Shown piece after piece: positions 15,001-30,000 of a stretch of 64,000 nucleotides of DNA. The notes beneath the pieces are model-generated. The model saw only the letters and a list, made by a program, of their open reading frames with translations, was not told the DNA's origin and searched no databases. Within the stretch, counting starts at the first letter, position 1, and each line of letters opens with the position of its first letter. Made by a program: the position numbers and the translations under genes. The DNA is from Ophelia neglecta (Eukaryota), in NCBI GenBank assembly GCA_965285935.1, contig OZ260662.1, positions 70,990,001 through 71,054,000 of the forward strand, given 5' to 3'.

Positions 15001-18000
15001 GGACTGGTGGTCGATACAGCAGTTGTAGTTCCTGAACAACATTTGTTGTTAGTAAATAAACAGCATTTTGTTTATTGAAAGGTATGGGCGAATGAAATAT
15101 CTTTAAACATGCATGTAAAAACCAGTATGTAGATAGTTTACTCTCATGTCTAACATTGGAATCATCGGCAATAGATTCACTATCTGACTATATTCTATGT
15201 AGGTGTGTACTGCGGTGTTTAGTCGAGGATGTCTATGAGTTCAAGTTATTTTTAAATGCGATTCTATGACTTTTATGGTTATGAATGATGAATCATGTTT
15301 GTTTCATTACATTCGACATTGTGTTTGATGCATTTCCGACTGCAAACTGCTAAAATACTAGTATACAGTCAATGCGATAAACATTGACAATACCAAAAGC
15401 GAATATATTGCTTGAAACTACAAGGATGAGGAACATGTTGGTGCACTCGTGACAGCCTTTCTTCGAAGAAAAAGGTTATGATCAATCTTCACATTGTCTT
15501 ATAGACAGAAATACACTACCTGGATGATAACAGGCAGTTAGTTCGAAGGTGATCAAAACAGGCAACGTTTCATCTAGAGGGTTGACGACAATTTTAATTT
15601 CTTCGGCAAAAGTTCCTTCGGGGAACTCAGGGGCCTCTCCAGGGCTAAATTGCTAAAAGAACATGTTTGCATATAGACTATTATATGCGATCCGGGTTTT
15701 AAATGTTGATACAGTCATTATCTTTCAAATCAACGAAGCAGTATGTGTGAATGAAGTGCGTTTTTAAATCTTACATCTGGTTCCCCATCGCCATCAAGAT
15801 CTAGAGGTATCCATGTTGTTGATCCCTCGGGCATAATGTATACTTCAAAAGTGTCGACATTTTCTGTCACAGGAACCAGCTGTCCAAGGCTAGGAGCCCC
15901 GGGGTAGCCATCACTAGTCAGGTCAACTACAATTTCCTTGTTTGGTTCATCAGCAGGTATGTTCAATGGATCGTTATCACCTGGTCTCACAGAGCCGGTG
16001 CTTCCGCTTGGCACACTAATATTTTCGTCGGGAAGTATTTGTGGATTATCCATGCCATCTTCAATCTGGCAAGGTCCTTCTGCCAGGTGGATATATTATA
16101 AAAGATTTATGTTTCGGGGTGATTTCGAAGTAAGACATTCACTCATACATTCTACCTAAATAAATAAACTGTCATGATTCTTGTTTGAGAAAATATGAGA
16201 TTTTCCAAGAGTAGGTTACCTGTTGTTGTACCCGGGGCAGATGTTGTTCCTGGACTAGTGGTCGATACTGCTGTTGTAGTTCCTAAGCAATTCAGAATGA
16301 ATGTCAATCAAGAAACTTGTAATTATATAATGGATTATAAGAGTTAAATGTATCTAATGTCAAAACACTTGCAGAGCTGATGATCAATCATTTTAAACTG
16401 GTTGGATCAGTAATTGTTCCAGAATGTATGATCTTTTGTGTATATACATTGGTCCCTTTGGACCATCTAAATTTGAAATATTGTTCATATGACGTTAATG
16501 TCATGCGCAACTTTGAAATAGCTGCATTAATATGAAGAGCTAAATCGCCAATTCACTGGTTGAAAAGAATGGGAATGAATTATATTCTTTTGAATGAAAT
16601 AGAAACTCTTTCTAAGAGGCAAAAGGGATAGTTTAAAATACACATTGAAGTACACTACCTGGATGATAACAAGCTGATAATTCGAAAGTGATCACTACAG
16701 GCGATGTTTCATCTACAGGGTCAAGAACAATTTTTACTTCTTCAGCGTATGTTCCTTCGGGGAACACAGGGGATTCTCCGGGTTTAAATTGCTACAAAAT
16801 ATTAGTTCGGAATGAATTGTCATATATGCGATTATTTTCACTTTAATGCATGCATTATCTCTAAAATAACACGGTACAGTATTTCCAAAATCGATCATCT
16901 ATTAGATCTTACATCTGGTTCTTGGTCGCCATCCAGATCTAGAGGTACCCAAGTGGTTGATCCCTCGGGCATAATGTATATTTCAAAGGTGTCAACATTT
17001 TCTGTCACAGGAATCAGCTTCCCAAGCTGTGGAGCCTCGGGATAACCATCACTAGTCAGATCAACTATAATTTCCTTGTTTGGTTCATCAACAGGAATGT
17101 TCAATGGGTCGTTATCGCTTGGTCTCACAGAGCCGGTGCTCCCGGTAGGCATGTTAATGTTTTCGTCGGGGATTATTTGTGGATTGTCCATGCCATCTTC
17201 AATCGTGCAAGGTCCTTCTGGTAGGCGGATAATCAATTATTGTATTTATGTACTTTTACAGAATTGCAGAAAGGGTCCGTATTAGTTTGTCCTTTCTCAA
17301 GTTAGAAAACTGTTGTTATGTTGATTTTTGATGCCAATATGTTACATCTTGATAATTGATTACCTGTTGTTGTTTCTGGGGCGGTAGTGGTTCCTGGACT
17401 GGTGGTCGATACAGCAGTTGTAGTTCCTGAACAACATTTGTTGTTAGTAAATAAACAGCATTTTGTTTATTGAAAGGTATGGGCGAATGAAATATCTTTA
17501 AACATGCATGTAAAAACCAGTATGTAGATAGTTTACTCTCATGTCTAACATTGGAATCATCGGCAATAGATTCACTATCTGACTATATTCTATGTAGGTG
17601 TGTACTGCGGTGTTTAGTCGAGGATGTCTATGAGTTCAAGTTATTTTTAAATGCGATTCTATGACTTTTATGGTTATGAATGATGAATCATGTTTGTTTC
17701 ATTACATTCGACATTGTGTTTGATGCATTTCCGACTGCAAACTGCTAAAATACTAGTATACAGTCAATGCGATAAACATTGACAATACCAAAAGCGAATA
17801 TATTGCTTGAAACTACAAGGATGAGGAACATGTTGGTGCACTCGTGACAGCCTTTCTTCGAAGAAAAAGGTTATGATCAATCTTCACATTGTCTTATAGA
17901 CAGAAATACACTACCTGGATGATAACAGGCAGTTAGTTCGAAGGTGATCAAAACAGGCAACGTTTCATCTAGAGGGTTGACGACAATTTTAATTTCTTCG

Positions 18001-21000
18001 GCAAAAGTTCCTTCGGGGAACTCAGGGGCCTCTCCAGGGCTAAATTGCTAAAAGAACATGTTTGCATATAGACTATTATATGCGATCCGGGTTTTAAATG
18101 TTGATACAGTCATTATCTTTCAAATCAACGAAGCAGTATGTGTGAATGAAGTGCGTTTTTAAATCTTACATCTGGTTCCCCATCGCCATCAAGATCTAGA
18201 GGTATCCATGTTGTTGATCCCTCGGGCATAATGTATACTTCAAAAGTGTCGACATTTTCTGTCACAGGAACCAGCTGTCCAAGGCTAGGAGCCCCGGGGT
18301 AGCCATCACTAGTCAGGTCAACTACAATTTCCTTGTTTGGTTCATCAGCAGGTATGTTCAATGGATCGTTATCACCTGGTCTCACAGAGCCGGTGCTTCC
18401 GCTTGGCACACTAATATTTTCGTCGGGAAGTATTTGTGGATTATCCATGCCATCTTCAATCTGGCAAGGTCCTTCTGCCAGGTGGATATATTATAAAAGA
18501 TTTATGTTTCGGGGTGATTTCGAAGTAAGACATTCACTCATACATTCTACCTAAATAAATAAACTGTCATGATTCTTGTTTGAGAAAATATGAGATTTTC
18601 CAAGAGTAGGTTACCTGTTGTTGTACCCGGGGCAGATGTTGTTCCTGGACTAGTGGTCGATACTGCTGTTGTAGTTCCTAAGCAATTCAGAATGAATGTC
18701 AATCAAGAAACTTGTAATTATATAATGGATTATAAGAGTTAAATGTATCTAATGTCAAAACACTTGCAGAGCTGATGATCAATCATTTTAAACTGGTTGG
18801 ATCAGTAATTGTTCCAGAATGTATGATCTTTTGTGTATATACATTGGTCCCTTTGGACCATCTAAATTTGAAATATTGTTCATATGACGTTAATGTCATG
18901 CGCAACTTTGAAATAGCTGCATTAATATGAAGAGCTAAATCGCCAATTCACTGGTTGAAAAGAATGGGAATGAATTATATTCTTTTGAATGAAATAGAAA
19001 CTCTTTCTAAGAGGCAAAAGGGATAGTTTAAAATACACATTGAAGTACACTACCTGGATGATAACAAGCTGATAATTCGAAAGTGATCACTACAGGCGAT
19101 GTTTCATCTACAGGGTCAAGAACAATTTTTACTTCTTCAGCGTATGTTCCTTCGGGGAACACAGGGGATTCTCCGGGTTTAAATTGCTACAAAATATTAG
19201 TTCGGAATGAATTGTCATATATGCGATTATTTTCACTTTAATGCATGCATTATCTCTAAAATAACACGGTACAGTATTTCCAAAATCGATCATCTATTAG
19301 ATCTTACATCTGGTTCTTGGTCGCCATCCAGATCTAGAGGTACCCAAGTGGTTGATCCCTCGGGCATAATGTATATTTCAAAGGTGTCAACATTTTCTGT
19401 CACAGGAATCAGCTTCCCAAGCTGTGGAGCCTCGGGATAACCATCACTAGTCAGATCAACTATAATTTCCTTGTTTGGTTCATCAACAGGAATGTTCAAT
19501 GGGTCGTTATCGCTTGGTCTCACAGAGCCGGTGCTCCCGGTAGGCATGTTAATGTTTTCGTCGGGGATTATTTGTGGATTGTCCATGCCATCTTCAATCG
19601 TGCAAGGTCCTTCTGGTAGGCGGATAATCAATTATTGTATTTATGTACTTTTACAGAATTGCAGAAAGGGTCCGTATTAGTTTGTCCTTTCTCAAGTTAG
19701 AAAACTGTTGTTATGTTGATTTTTGATGCCAATATGTTACATCTTGATAATTGATTACCTGTTGTTGTTTCTGGGGCGGTAGTGGTTCCTGGACTGGTGG
19801 TCGATACAGCAGTTGTAGTTCCTGAACAACATTTGTTGTTAGTAAATAAACAGCATATTGTTTATTGAAAGGTATGGGCGAATGAAATATCTTTAAACAT
19901 GCATGTAAAAACCAGTATGTAGATAGTTTACTCTCATGTCTAACATTGGAATCATCGGCAATAGATTCACTATCTGACTATATTCTATGTAGGTGTGTAC
20001 TGCGGTGTTTAGTCGAGGATGTCTATGAGTTCAAGTTATTTTTAAATGCGATTCTATGACTTTTATGGTTATGAATGATGAATCATGTTTGTTTCATTAC
20101 ATTCGACATTGTGTTTGATGCATTTCCGACTGCAAACTGCTAAAATACTAGTATACAGTCAATGCGATAAACAATGACAATACCAAAAGCGAATATATTG
20201 CTTGAAACTACAAGGATGAGGAACATGTTGGTGCACTCGTGACAGCCTTTCTTCGAAGAAAAACGTTATGATCAATCTTCGCATTGTCTTATAGACAGAA
20301 ATACACTACCTGGATGATAACAGGCAGTTAGTTCGAAGGTGATCAAAACAGGCAACGTTTCATCTAGAGGGTTGACGACAATTTTGATTTCTTCGGCAAA
20401 AGTTCCTTCGGGGAACTCAGGGGCCTCTCCAGGGCTAAATTGCTAAAAGAACATGTTTGCATATAGACTATTATATGCGATCCGGGTTTTAAATGTTGAT
20501 ACAGTCATTATCTTTCAAATCAACGAAGCAGTATGTGTGAATGAAGTGCGTTTTTAAATCTTACATCTGGTTCCCCATCGCCATCAAGATCTAGAGGTAT
20601 CCATGTTGTTGATCCCTCGGGCATAATGTATACTTCAAAAGTGTCGACATTTTCTGTCACAGGAACCAGCTGTCCAAGGCTAGGAGCCCCAGGGTAGCCA
20701 TCACTAGTCAGGTCAACTACAATTTCCTTGTTTGGTTCATCAGCAGGTATGTTCAATGGATCGTTATCACCTGGTCTCACAGAGCCGGTGCTTCCGCTTG
20801 GCACACTAATATTTTCGTCGGGAAGTATTTGTGGATTATCCATGCCATCTTCAATCTGGCAAGGTCCTTCTGCCAGGTGGATATATTATAAAAGATTTAT
20901 GTTTCGGGGTGATTTCGAAGTAAGACATTCACTCATACATTCTACCTAAATAAATAAACTGTCATGATTCTTGTTTGAGAAAATATGAGATTTTCCAAGA

Positions 21001-24000
21001 GTAGGTTACCTGTTGTTGTACCCGGGGCAGATGTTGTTCCTGGACTAGTGGTCGATACTGCTGTTGTAGTTCCTAAGCAATTCAGAATGAATGTCAATCA
21101 AGAAACTTGTAATTATATAATGGATTATAAGTGTTAAATGTATCTAATGTCAAAACACTTGCAGAGCTGATGATCAATCATTTTAAACTGGTTGGATCAG
21201 TAATTGTTCCAGAATGTATGATCTTTTGTGTATATACATTGGTCCCTTTGGACCATCTAAATTTGAAATATTGTTCATATGACGTTAATGTCATGCGCAA
21301 CTTTGAAATAGCTGCATTAATATGAAGAGCTAAATCGCCAATTCACTGGTTGAAAAGAATGGGAATGAATTATATTCTTTTGAATGAAATAGAAACTCTT
21401 TCTAAGAGGCAAAAGGGATAGTTTAAAATACACATTGAAGTACACTACCTGGATGATAACAAGCTGATAATTCGAAAGTGATCACTACAGGCGATGTTTC
21501 ATCTACAGGGTCAAGAACAAGTTTTACTTCTTCAGCGTATGTTCCTTCGGGGAACACAGGGGATTCTCCGGGTTTAAATTGCTACAAAATATTAGTTCGG
21601 AATGAATTGTCATATATGCGATTATTTTCACTTTAATGCATGCATTATCTCTAAAATAACACGGTACAGTATTTCCAAAATCGATCATCTATTAGATCTT
21701 ACATCTGGTTCTTGGTCGCCATCCAGATCTAGAGGTACCCAAGTGGTTGATCCCTCGGGCATAATGTATATTTCAAAGGTGTCAACATTTTCTGTCACAG
21801 GAATCAGCTTCCCAAGCTGTGGAGCCTCGGGATAACCATCACTAGTCAGATCAACTATAATTTCCTTGTTTGGTTCATCAACAGGAATGTTCAATGGGTC
21901 GTTATCGCTTGGTCTCACAGAGCCGGTGCTCCCGGTAGGCATGTTAATGTTTTCGTCGGGGATTATTTGTGGATTGTCCATGCCATCTTCAATCGTGCAA
22001 GGTCCTTCTGGTAGGCGGATAATCAATTATTGTATTTATGTACTTTTACAGAATTGCAGAAAGGGTCCGTATTAGTTTGTCCTTTCTCAAGTTAGAAAAC
22101 TGTTGTTATGTTGATTTTTGATGCCAATATGTTACATCTTGATAATTGATTACCTGTTGTTGTTTCTGGGGCGGTAGTGGTTCCTGGACTGGTGGTCGAT
22201 ACAGCAGTTGTAGTTCCTGAACAACATTTGTTGTTAGTAAATAAACAGCATTTTGTTTATTGAAAGGTATGGGCGAATGAAATATCTTTAAACATGCATG
22301 TAAAAACCAGTATGTAGATAGTTTACTCTCATGTCTAACATTGGAATCATCGGCAATAGATTCACTATCTGACTATATTCTATGTAGGTGTGTACTGCGG
22401 TGTTTAGTCGAGGATGTCTATGAGTTCAAGTTATTTTTAAATGCGATTCTATGACTTTTATGGTTATGAATGATGAATCATGTTTGTTTCATTACATTCG
22501 ACATTGTGTTTGATGCATTTCCGACTGCAAACTGCTAAAATACTAGTATACAGTCAATGCGATAAACATTGACAATACCAAAAGCGAATATATTGCTTGA
22601 AACTACAAGGATGAGGAACATGTTGGTGCACTCGTGACAGCCTTTCTTCGAAGAAAAACGTTATGATCAATCTTCGCATTGTCTTATAGACAGAAATACA
22701 CTACCTGGATGATAACAGGCAGTTAGTTCGAAGGTGATCAAAACAGGCAACGTTTCATCTAGAGGGTTGACGACAATTTTGATTTCTTCGGCAAAAGTTC
22801 CTTCGGGGAACTCAGGGGCCTCTCCAGGGCTAAATTGCTAAAAGAACATGTTTGCATATAGACTATTATATGCGATCCGGGTTTTAAATGTTGATACAGT
22901 CATTATCTTTCAAATCAACGAAGCAGTATGTGTGAATGAAGTGCGTTTTTAAATCTTACATCTGGTTCCCCATCGCCATCAAGATCTAGAGGTATCCATG
23001 TTGTTGATCCCTCGGGCATAATGTATACTTCAAAAGTGTCGACATTTTCTGTCACAGGAACCAGCTGTCCAAGGCTAGGAGCCCCGGGGTAGCCATCACT
23101 AGTCAGGTCAACTACAATTTCCTTGTTTGGTTCATCAGCAGGTATGTTCAATGGATCGTTATCACCTGGTCTCACAGAGCCGGTGCTTCCGCTTGGCACA
23201 CTAATATTTTCGTCGGGAAGTATTTGTGGATTATCCATGCCATCTTCAATCTGGCAAGGTCCTTCTGCCAGGTGGATATATTATAAAAGATTTATGTTTC
23301 GGGGTGATTTCGAAGTAAGACATTCACTCATACATTCTACCTAAATAAATAAACTGTCATGATTCTTGTTTGAGAAAATATGAGATTTTCCAAGAGTAGG
23401 TTACCTGTTGTTGTACCCGGGGCAGATGTTGTTCCTGGACTAGTGGTCGATACTGCTGTTGTAGTTCCTAAGCAATTCAGAATGAATGTCAATCAAGAAA
23501 CTTGTAATTATATAATGGATTATAAGTGTTAAATGTATCTAATGTCAAAACACTTGCAGAGCTGATGATCAATCATTTTAAACTGGTTGGATCAGTAATT
23601 GTTCCAGAATGTATGATCTTTTGTGTATATACATTGGTCCCTTTGGACCATCTAAATTTGAAATATTGTTCATATGACGTTAATGTCATGCGCATCTTTG
23701 AAATAGCTGCATTAATATGAAGAGCTAAATCGCCAATTCACTGGTTGAAAAGAATGGGAATGAATTATATTCTTTTGAATGAAATAGAAACTCTTTCTAA
23801 GAGGCAAAAGGGATAGTTTAAAATACACATTGAAGTACACTACCTGGATGATAACAAGCTGATAATTCGAAAGTGATCACTACAGGCGATGTTTCATCTA
23901 CAGGGTCAAGAACAAGTTTTACTTCTTCAGCGTATGTTCCTTCGGGGAACACAGGGGATTCTCCGGGTTTAAATTGCTACAAAATATTAGTTCGGAATGA

Positions 24001-27000
24001 ATTGTCATATATGCGATTATTTTCACTTTAATGCATGCATTATCTCTAAAATAACACGGTACAGTATTTCCAAAATCGATCATCTATTAGATCTTACATC
24101 TGGTTCTTGGTCGCCATCCAGATCTAGAGGTACCCAAGTGGTTGATCCCTCGGGCATAATGTATATTTCAAAGGTGTCAACATTTTCTGTCACAGGAATC
24201 AGCTTCCCAAGCTGTGGAGCCTCGGGATAACCATCACTAGTCAGATCAACTATAATTTCCTTGTTTGGTTCATCAACAGGAATGTTCAATGGGTCGTTAT
24301 CGCTTGGTCTCACAGAGCCGGTGCTCCCGGTAGGCATGTTAATGTTTTCGTCGGGGATTATTTGTGGATTGTCCATGCCATCTTCAATCGTGCAAGGTCC
24401 TTCTGGTAGGCGGATAATCAATTATTGTATTTATGTACTTTTACAGAATTGCAGAAAGGGTCCGTATTAGTTTGTCCTTTCTCAAGTTAGAAAACTGTTG
24501 TTATGTTGATTTTTGATGCCAATATGTTACATCTTGATAATTGATTACCTGTTGTTGTTTCTGGGGCGGTAGTGGTTCCTGGACTGGTGGTCGATACAGC
24601 AGTTGTAGTTCCTGAACAACATTTGTTGTTAGTAAATAAACAGCATTTTGTTTATTGAAAGGTATGGGCGAATGAAATATCTTTAAACATGCATGTAAAA
24701 ACCAGTATGTAGATAGTTTACTCTCATGTCTAACATTGGAATCATCGGCAATAGATTCACTATCTGACTATATTCTATGTAGGTGTGTACTGCGGTGTTT
24801 AGTCGAGGATGTCTATGAGTTCAAGTTATTTTTAAATGCGATTCTATGACTTTTATGGTTATGAATGATGAATCATGTTTGTTTCATTACATTCGACATT
24901 GTGTTTGATGCATTTCCGACTGCAAACTGCTAAAATACTAGTATACAGTCAATGCGATAAACATTGACAATACCAAAAGCGAATATATTGCTTGAAACTA
25001 CAAGGATGAGGAACATGTTGGTGCACTCGTGACAGCCTTTCTTCGAAGAAAAACGTTATGATCAATCTTCGCATTGTCTTATAGACAGAAATACACTACC
25101 TGGATGATAACAGGCAGTTAGTTCGAAGGTGATCAAAACAGGCAACGTTTCATCTAGAGGGTTGACGACAATTTTGATTTCTTCGGCAAAAGTTCCTTCG
25201 GGGAACTCAGGGGCCTCTCCAGGGCTAAATTGCTAAAAGAACATGTTTGCATATAGACTATTATATGCGATCCGGGTTTTAAATGTTGATACAGTCATTA
25301 TCTTTCAAATCAACGAAGCAGTATGTGTGAATGAAGTGCGTTTTTAAATCTTACATCTGGTTCCCCATCGCCATCAAGATCTAGAGGTATCCATGTTGTT
25401 GATCCCTCGGGCATAATGTATACTTCAAAAGTGTCGACATTTTCTGTCACAGGAACCAGCTGTCCAAGGCTAGGAGCCCCGGGGTAGCCATCACTAGTCA
25501 GGTCAACTACAATTTCCTTGTTTGGTTCATCAGCAGGTATGTTCAATGGATCGTTATCACCTGGTCTCACAGAGCCGGTGCTTCCGCTTGGCACACTAAT
25601 ATTTTCGTCGGGAAGTATTTGTGGATTATCCATGCCATCTTCAATCTGGCAAGGTCCTTCTGCCAGGTGGATATATTATAAAAGATTTATGTTTCGGGGT
25701 GATTTCGAAGTAAGACATTCACTCATACATTCTACCTAAATAAATAAACTGTCATGATTCTTGTTTGAGAAAATATGAGATTTTCCAAGAGTAGGTTACC
25801 TGTTGTTGTACCCGGGGCAGATGTTGTTCCTGGACTAGTGGTCGATACTGCTGTTGTAGTTCCTAAGCAATTCAGAATGAATGTCAATCAAGAAACTTGT
25901 AATTATATAATGGATTATAAGTGTTAAATGTATCTAATGTCAAAACACTTGCAGAGCTGATGATCAATCATTTTAAACTGGTTGGATCAGTAATTGTTCC
26001 AGAATGTATGATCTTTTGTGTATATACATTGGTCCCTTTGGACCATCTAAATTTGAAATATTGTTCATATGACGTTAATGTCATGCGCATCTTTGAAATA
26101 GCTGCATAAATATGAAGAGCTAAATCGCCAATTCACTGGTTGAAAAGAATGGGAATGAATTATATTCTTTTGAATGAAATAGAAACACTTTTCAATTGCT
26201 TGAAACTACAAGGATGAGGAACATGTTGGTGAACTCGTGACAGCCTTTCTTCGAAGAAAAAGGTTATGATCAATCTTCACATTGTCTTATAGACAGAAAT
26301 ACACTACCTGGATGATAACAGGCAGTTAGTTCGAAGGTGATCAAAACAGGCAACGTTTCATCTAGAGGGTTGACAACAATTTTAATTTCTTCGGCAAAAG
26401 TTCCTTCGGGGAACTCAGGGGCCTCTCCAGGGCTAAATTGCTAAAAGAACATGTTTGCATATAGACTATTATATGCGATCCGGGTTTTAAATGTTGATAC
26501 AGTCATTATCTTTCGAATCAACGAAGCAGTATGTGTGAATGAAGTGCCTTTTTAAATCTTACATCTGGTTCCCCATCGCCATCAAGATCTAGAGGTATCC
26601 ATGTTGTTGATCCCTCGGGCATAATGTATACTTCAAAAGTGTCGACATTTTCTGTCACAGGAACCAGCTGCCCAAGGCTTGGAGCCCCGGGGTAGCCATC
26701 ACTAGTCAGGTCAACTACAATTTCCTTGTTTGGTTCATCAGCAGGTATGTTCAATGGATCGTTATCACCTGGTCTCACAGAGCCGGTGCTTCCGCTTGGC
26801 ACACTAATATTTTCGTCGGGAAGTATTTGTGGATTATCCATGCCATCTTCAATCTGGCAAGGTCCTTCTGCCAGGTGGATATATTATATAAAATTTATGT
26901 TTCGGGGTGATTTCCAGGTAAGACATTCACTGATACATTCTACCTAAATAAATAAACTGTCATGATTCTTGTTTGAGAAAATATGAGATTTTCCAAAAGT

Positions 27001-30000
27001 AGGTTACCTGTTGTTGTACCCGGGGCAGATGTTGTTCCTGGACTAGTGGTCGATACTACTGTTGTAGTTCCTAAGCAATTCAGAATGAATGTCAATCAAG
27101 AAACTTGTAATTATATAATGGATTATAAGTGTTCAAAGTATCTAATGACAAAACAATTGCAGAGCTGATGATCAATCATTTTAAACTTGTTGGATCAGTA
27201 ATTGTTCCAGAATGTATGATCTCATGTGTATATACATTTGTCCTTTTGGACCATCTTAATTTGAAATATTATTTGTGGATTGTCCATGCCATCTTCAATC
27301 GTGCAAGGTCCTTCTGGTAGGCGGATAATCAATTATTGTATTTATGTACTTTTACAGAATTGCAGAAAGGGTCCGTGTTAGTTTGTCCTTTCTCAATTAG
27401 AAAACTGTTGTTATGTTGATTTTTGATGCCAATATGTTACATCTTGATAATTGATTACCTGTTGTTGTTTCTGGGGCGGTAGTGGTTCCTGGACTTGTGG
27501 TCGATACAGCAGTTGTAGTTGCTGAACAACAATTGTTGTTAGTAAATAAACAGCATTTTGTTTATTGAAAGGTATGGTTGAATGAGTTATCTTTAAACAT
27601 GCATGTAAAAACCTGCATGTAGATAGTTTACTCTCATGTCTAAAATTGGAATCATCGGCAATAGATTCACTATCTGACTATATTCTATGTAGGTATGTGC
27701 TGCGGTGTTTATTCGAGGATGTCTATGAGTTCAAGTTATTTTTAAATGCGATGCTATGACTTTTATGGTTATGAATGATGAATCATGTTTGTTTCATTAC
27801 ATTCGACATTGTGTTTGATGCATTTCCTACTGCAAAACTGTTAAAATACTAGTATACAGTCAATGCGATAAACATTAGCAATACCAAAAGCGAATATATT
27901 GCTTGAAACTACAAGGATGAGAAACATGTTGGTGAACTCGTGACAGCCTTTCTTCGAAGAAAAAGGTTATGATCAATCTTCGCATTGTCTTATAGACAGA
28001 AATACACTACCTGGATGATAACAGGCAGTTAGTTCGAAGGTGATCAAAACAGGCAACGTTTCATCTAGAGGGTTGACGACAATTTTAATTTCTTCGGCAA
28101 AAGTTCCTTCGGGGAACTCAGGGGCCTCTCCAGGGCTAAATTGCTAAAAGTACATGTTTGCATATAGACTATTATATGCGAACCAGGTTTTAAATCTTGA
28201 TACAGGCGTTATCTTTCAAAATCAACGAAGCAGTATGTGTGAATGAAATGCGTTTTTAAATCTTACATCTGGTTCCCCATCGCCATCAAGATCTAGAGGT
28301 ATCCATGTTGTTGATCCCTCGGGCATAATGTATACTTCAAAAGTGTCGACATTTTCTGTCACAGGAACCAGCTGTCCAAGGCTTGGAGCCCCGGGGTAGC
28401 CATCACTAGTCAGGTCAACTACAATTTCCTTGTTTGGTTCATCAGCAGGTATGTTCAATGGATCGTTATCACCTGGTCTCACAGAGCCGGTGCTTCCGCT
28501 TGGCACATTAATATTTTCGTCGGGAAGTATTTGTGGATTATCCATGCCATCTTCAATCTGGCAAGGTCCTTCTGCCAGGTGGATATATTATATAAAATTT
28601 ATGTTTCGGGGTGATTTCGAGGTAAGACATTCACTGATACATTCTACCTAAATAAATAAACTGTCATGATTCTTGTTTGATAAAATATGAGATTTTCCAA
28701 AAGTAGGTTACCTGTTGTTGTACCCGGGGCAGATGTTGTTCCTGGACTAGTGGTCGATACTACTGTTGTAGTTCCTAAGCAATTCAGAATGAATGTCAAT
28801 CAAGAAACTTGTAATTATATAATGGATTATAAGTGTTCAATGTATATAATGACAAAACAATTGCAGAGCTGATGATCAATCATTTTAAACTTGTTGGATC
28901 AGTAATTGTTCCAGAATGTATGCTCTTTTGTGTATATACATTGGTTCCTTTGGACCATCTAAATTTGAAATATTATTTGTGGATTGTCCATGCCATCTTC
29001 AATCGTGCAAGGTCCTTCTGGTAGGCGGATAATCAATTATTGTATTTATGTTCTTTTACAGAATTGCAGAAAGGGTCCGTGTTAGTTTGTCCTTTCTCAA
29101 GTTAGAAAACTGTTGTTATGTTGATTTTTGATGCCAATATGTTACATCTTGATAATTGATTACCTGTTGTTGTTTCTGGGGCGGTAGTGGTTCCTGGACT
29201 TGTGGTCGATACAGCAGTTGTAGTTGCTGAACAACAATTGTTGTTAGTAAATAAACAGCATTTTGTTTATTACAAGGTATGGTTGAATGAGATATCTTTA
29301 AACATGCATGTAAAAACCTGCATGTAGATAGTTTACTCTCATGTCTAAAATTGGAATCATCGGCAATAGATTCACTATCTGACTATATTCTATGTAGGTG
29401 TGTGCTGCGGTGTTTATTCGAGGATGTCTATGAGTTCAAGTTATTTTTAAATGCGATGCTATGACTTTAATGGTTATGAATGATGAATCATGTTTGTTTC
29501 AATACATTCGACATTGTGTTTGATGCATTTCCGACCGCAAAACTGGTTAAATACTAGTATACAGTCAACGCGATAAACATTAACAATACCAAAAGCGAAT
29601 ATATTGCTTGAAACTACAAGGATGAGAAACATGTTGGTGAACTCGTGACAGCCTTTCTTCGAAGAAAAAGGTTATGATCAATCTTCGCATTGTCTTATAG
29701 ACAGAAATACACTACCTGGATGATAACAGGCAGTTAGTTCGAAGGTGATCAAAACAGGCAACGTTTCATCTAGAGGGTTGACGACAATTTTAATTTCTTC
29801 GGCAAAAGTTCCTTCGGGGAACTCAGGTGCCTCTCCAGGGCTAAATTGCTAAAAGTACATGTTTGCATATAGACTATTATATGCGATCCAGGTTTTAAAT
29901 GTTGATACAGGCGTTATCTTTCAAATCAACGAAGCAGTATGTGTGAATGAAGTGCGTTTTTAAATCTTACATCTGGTTCCCCATCGCCATCAAGATCTAG

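Larger units (their letters stand above)
1..26194 (-). repeat. 2395-bp tandem array (~11 units), each unit = module A + module B (6 exons)
   Basis: A 305-nt exons start at 161, 2556, 4951, 7346, 9728, 12123, 14518, 16913, 19308, 21703, 24098. B 305-nt exons start at 1418, 3813, 6208, 8603, 10985, 13380, 15775, 18170, 20565, 22960, 25355. One unit is 2382 bp because of a 13-bp intronic deletion. The array continues past the window edge. Confidence 0.95.

Noticed and set aside
1-26194. Pure assembly artefact or non-coding satellite
   Set aside because: Units carry private and patchwork variants, and all 305-nt exons remain open with indels confined to introns. The exact copy number still needs read support.
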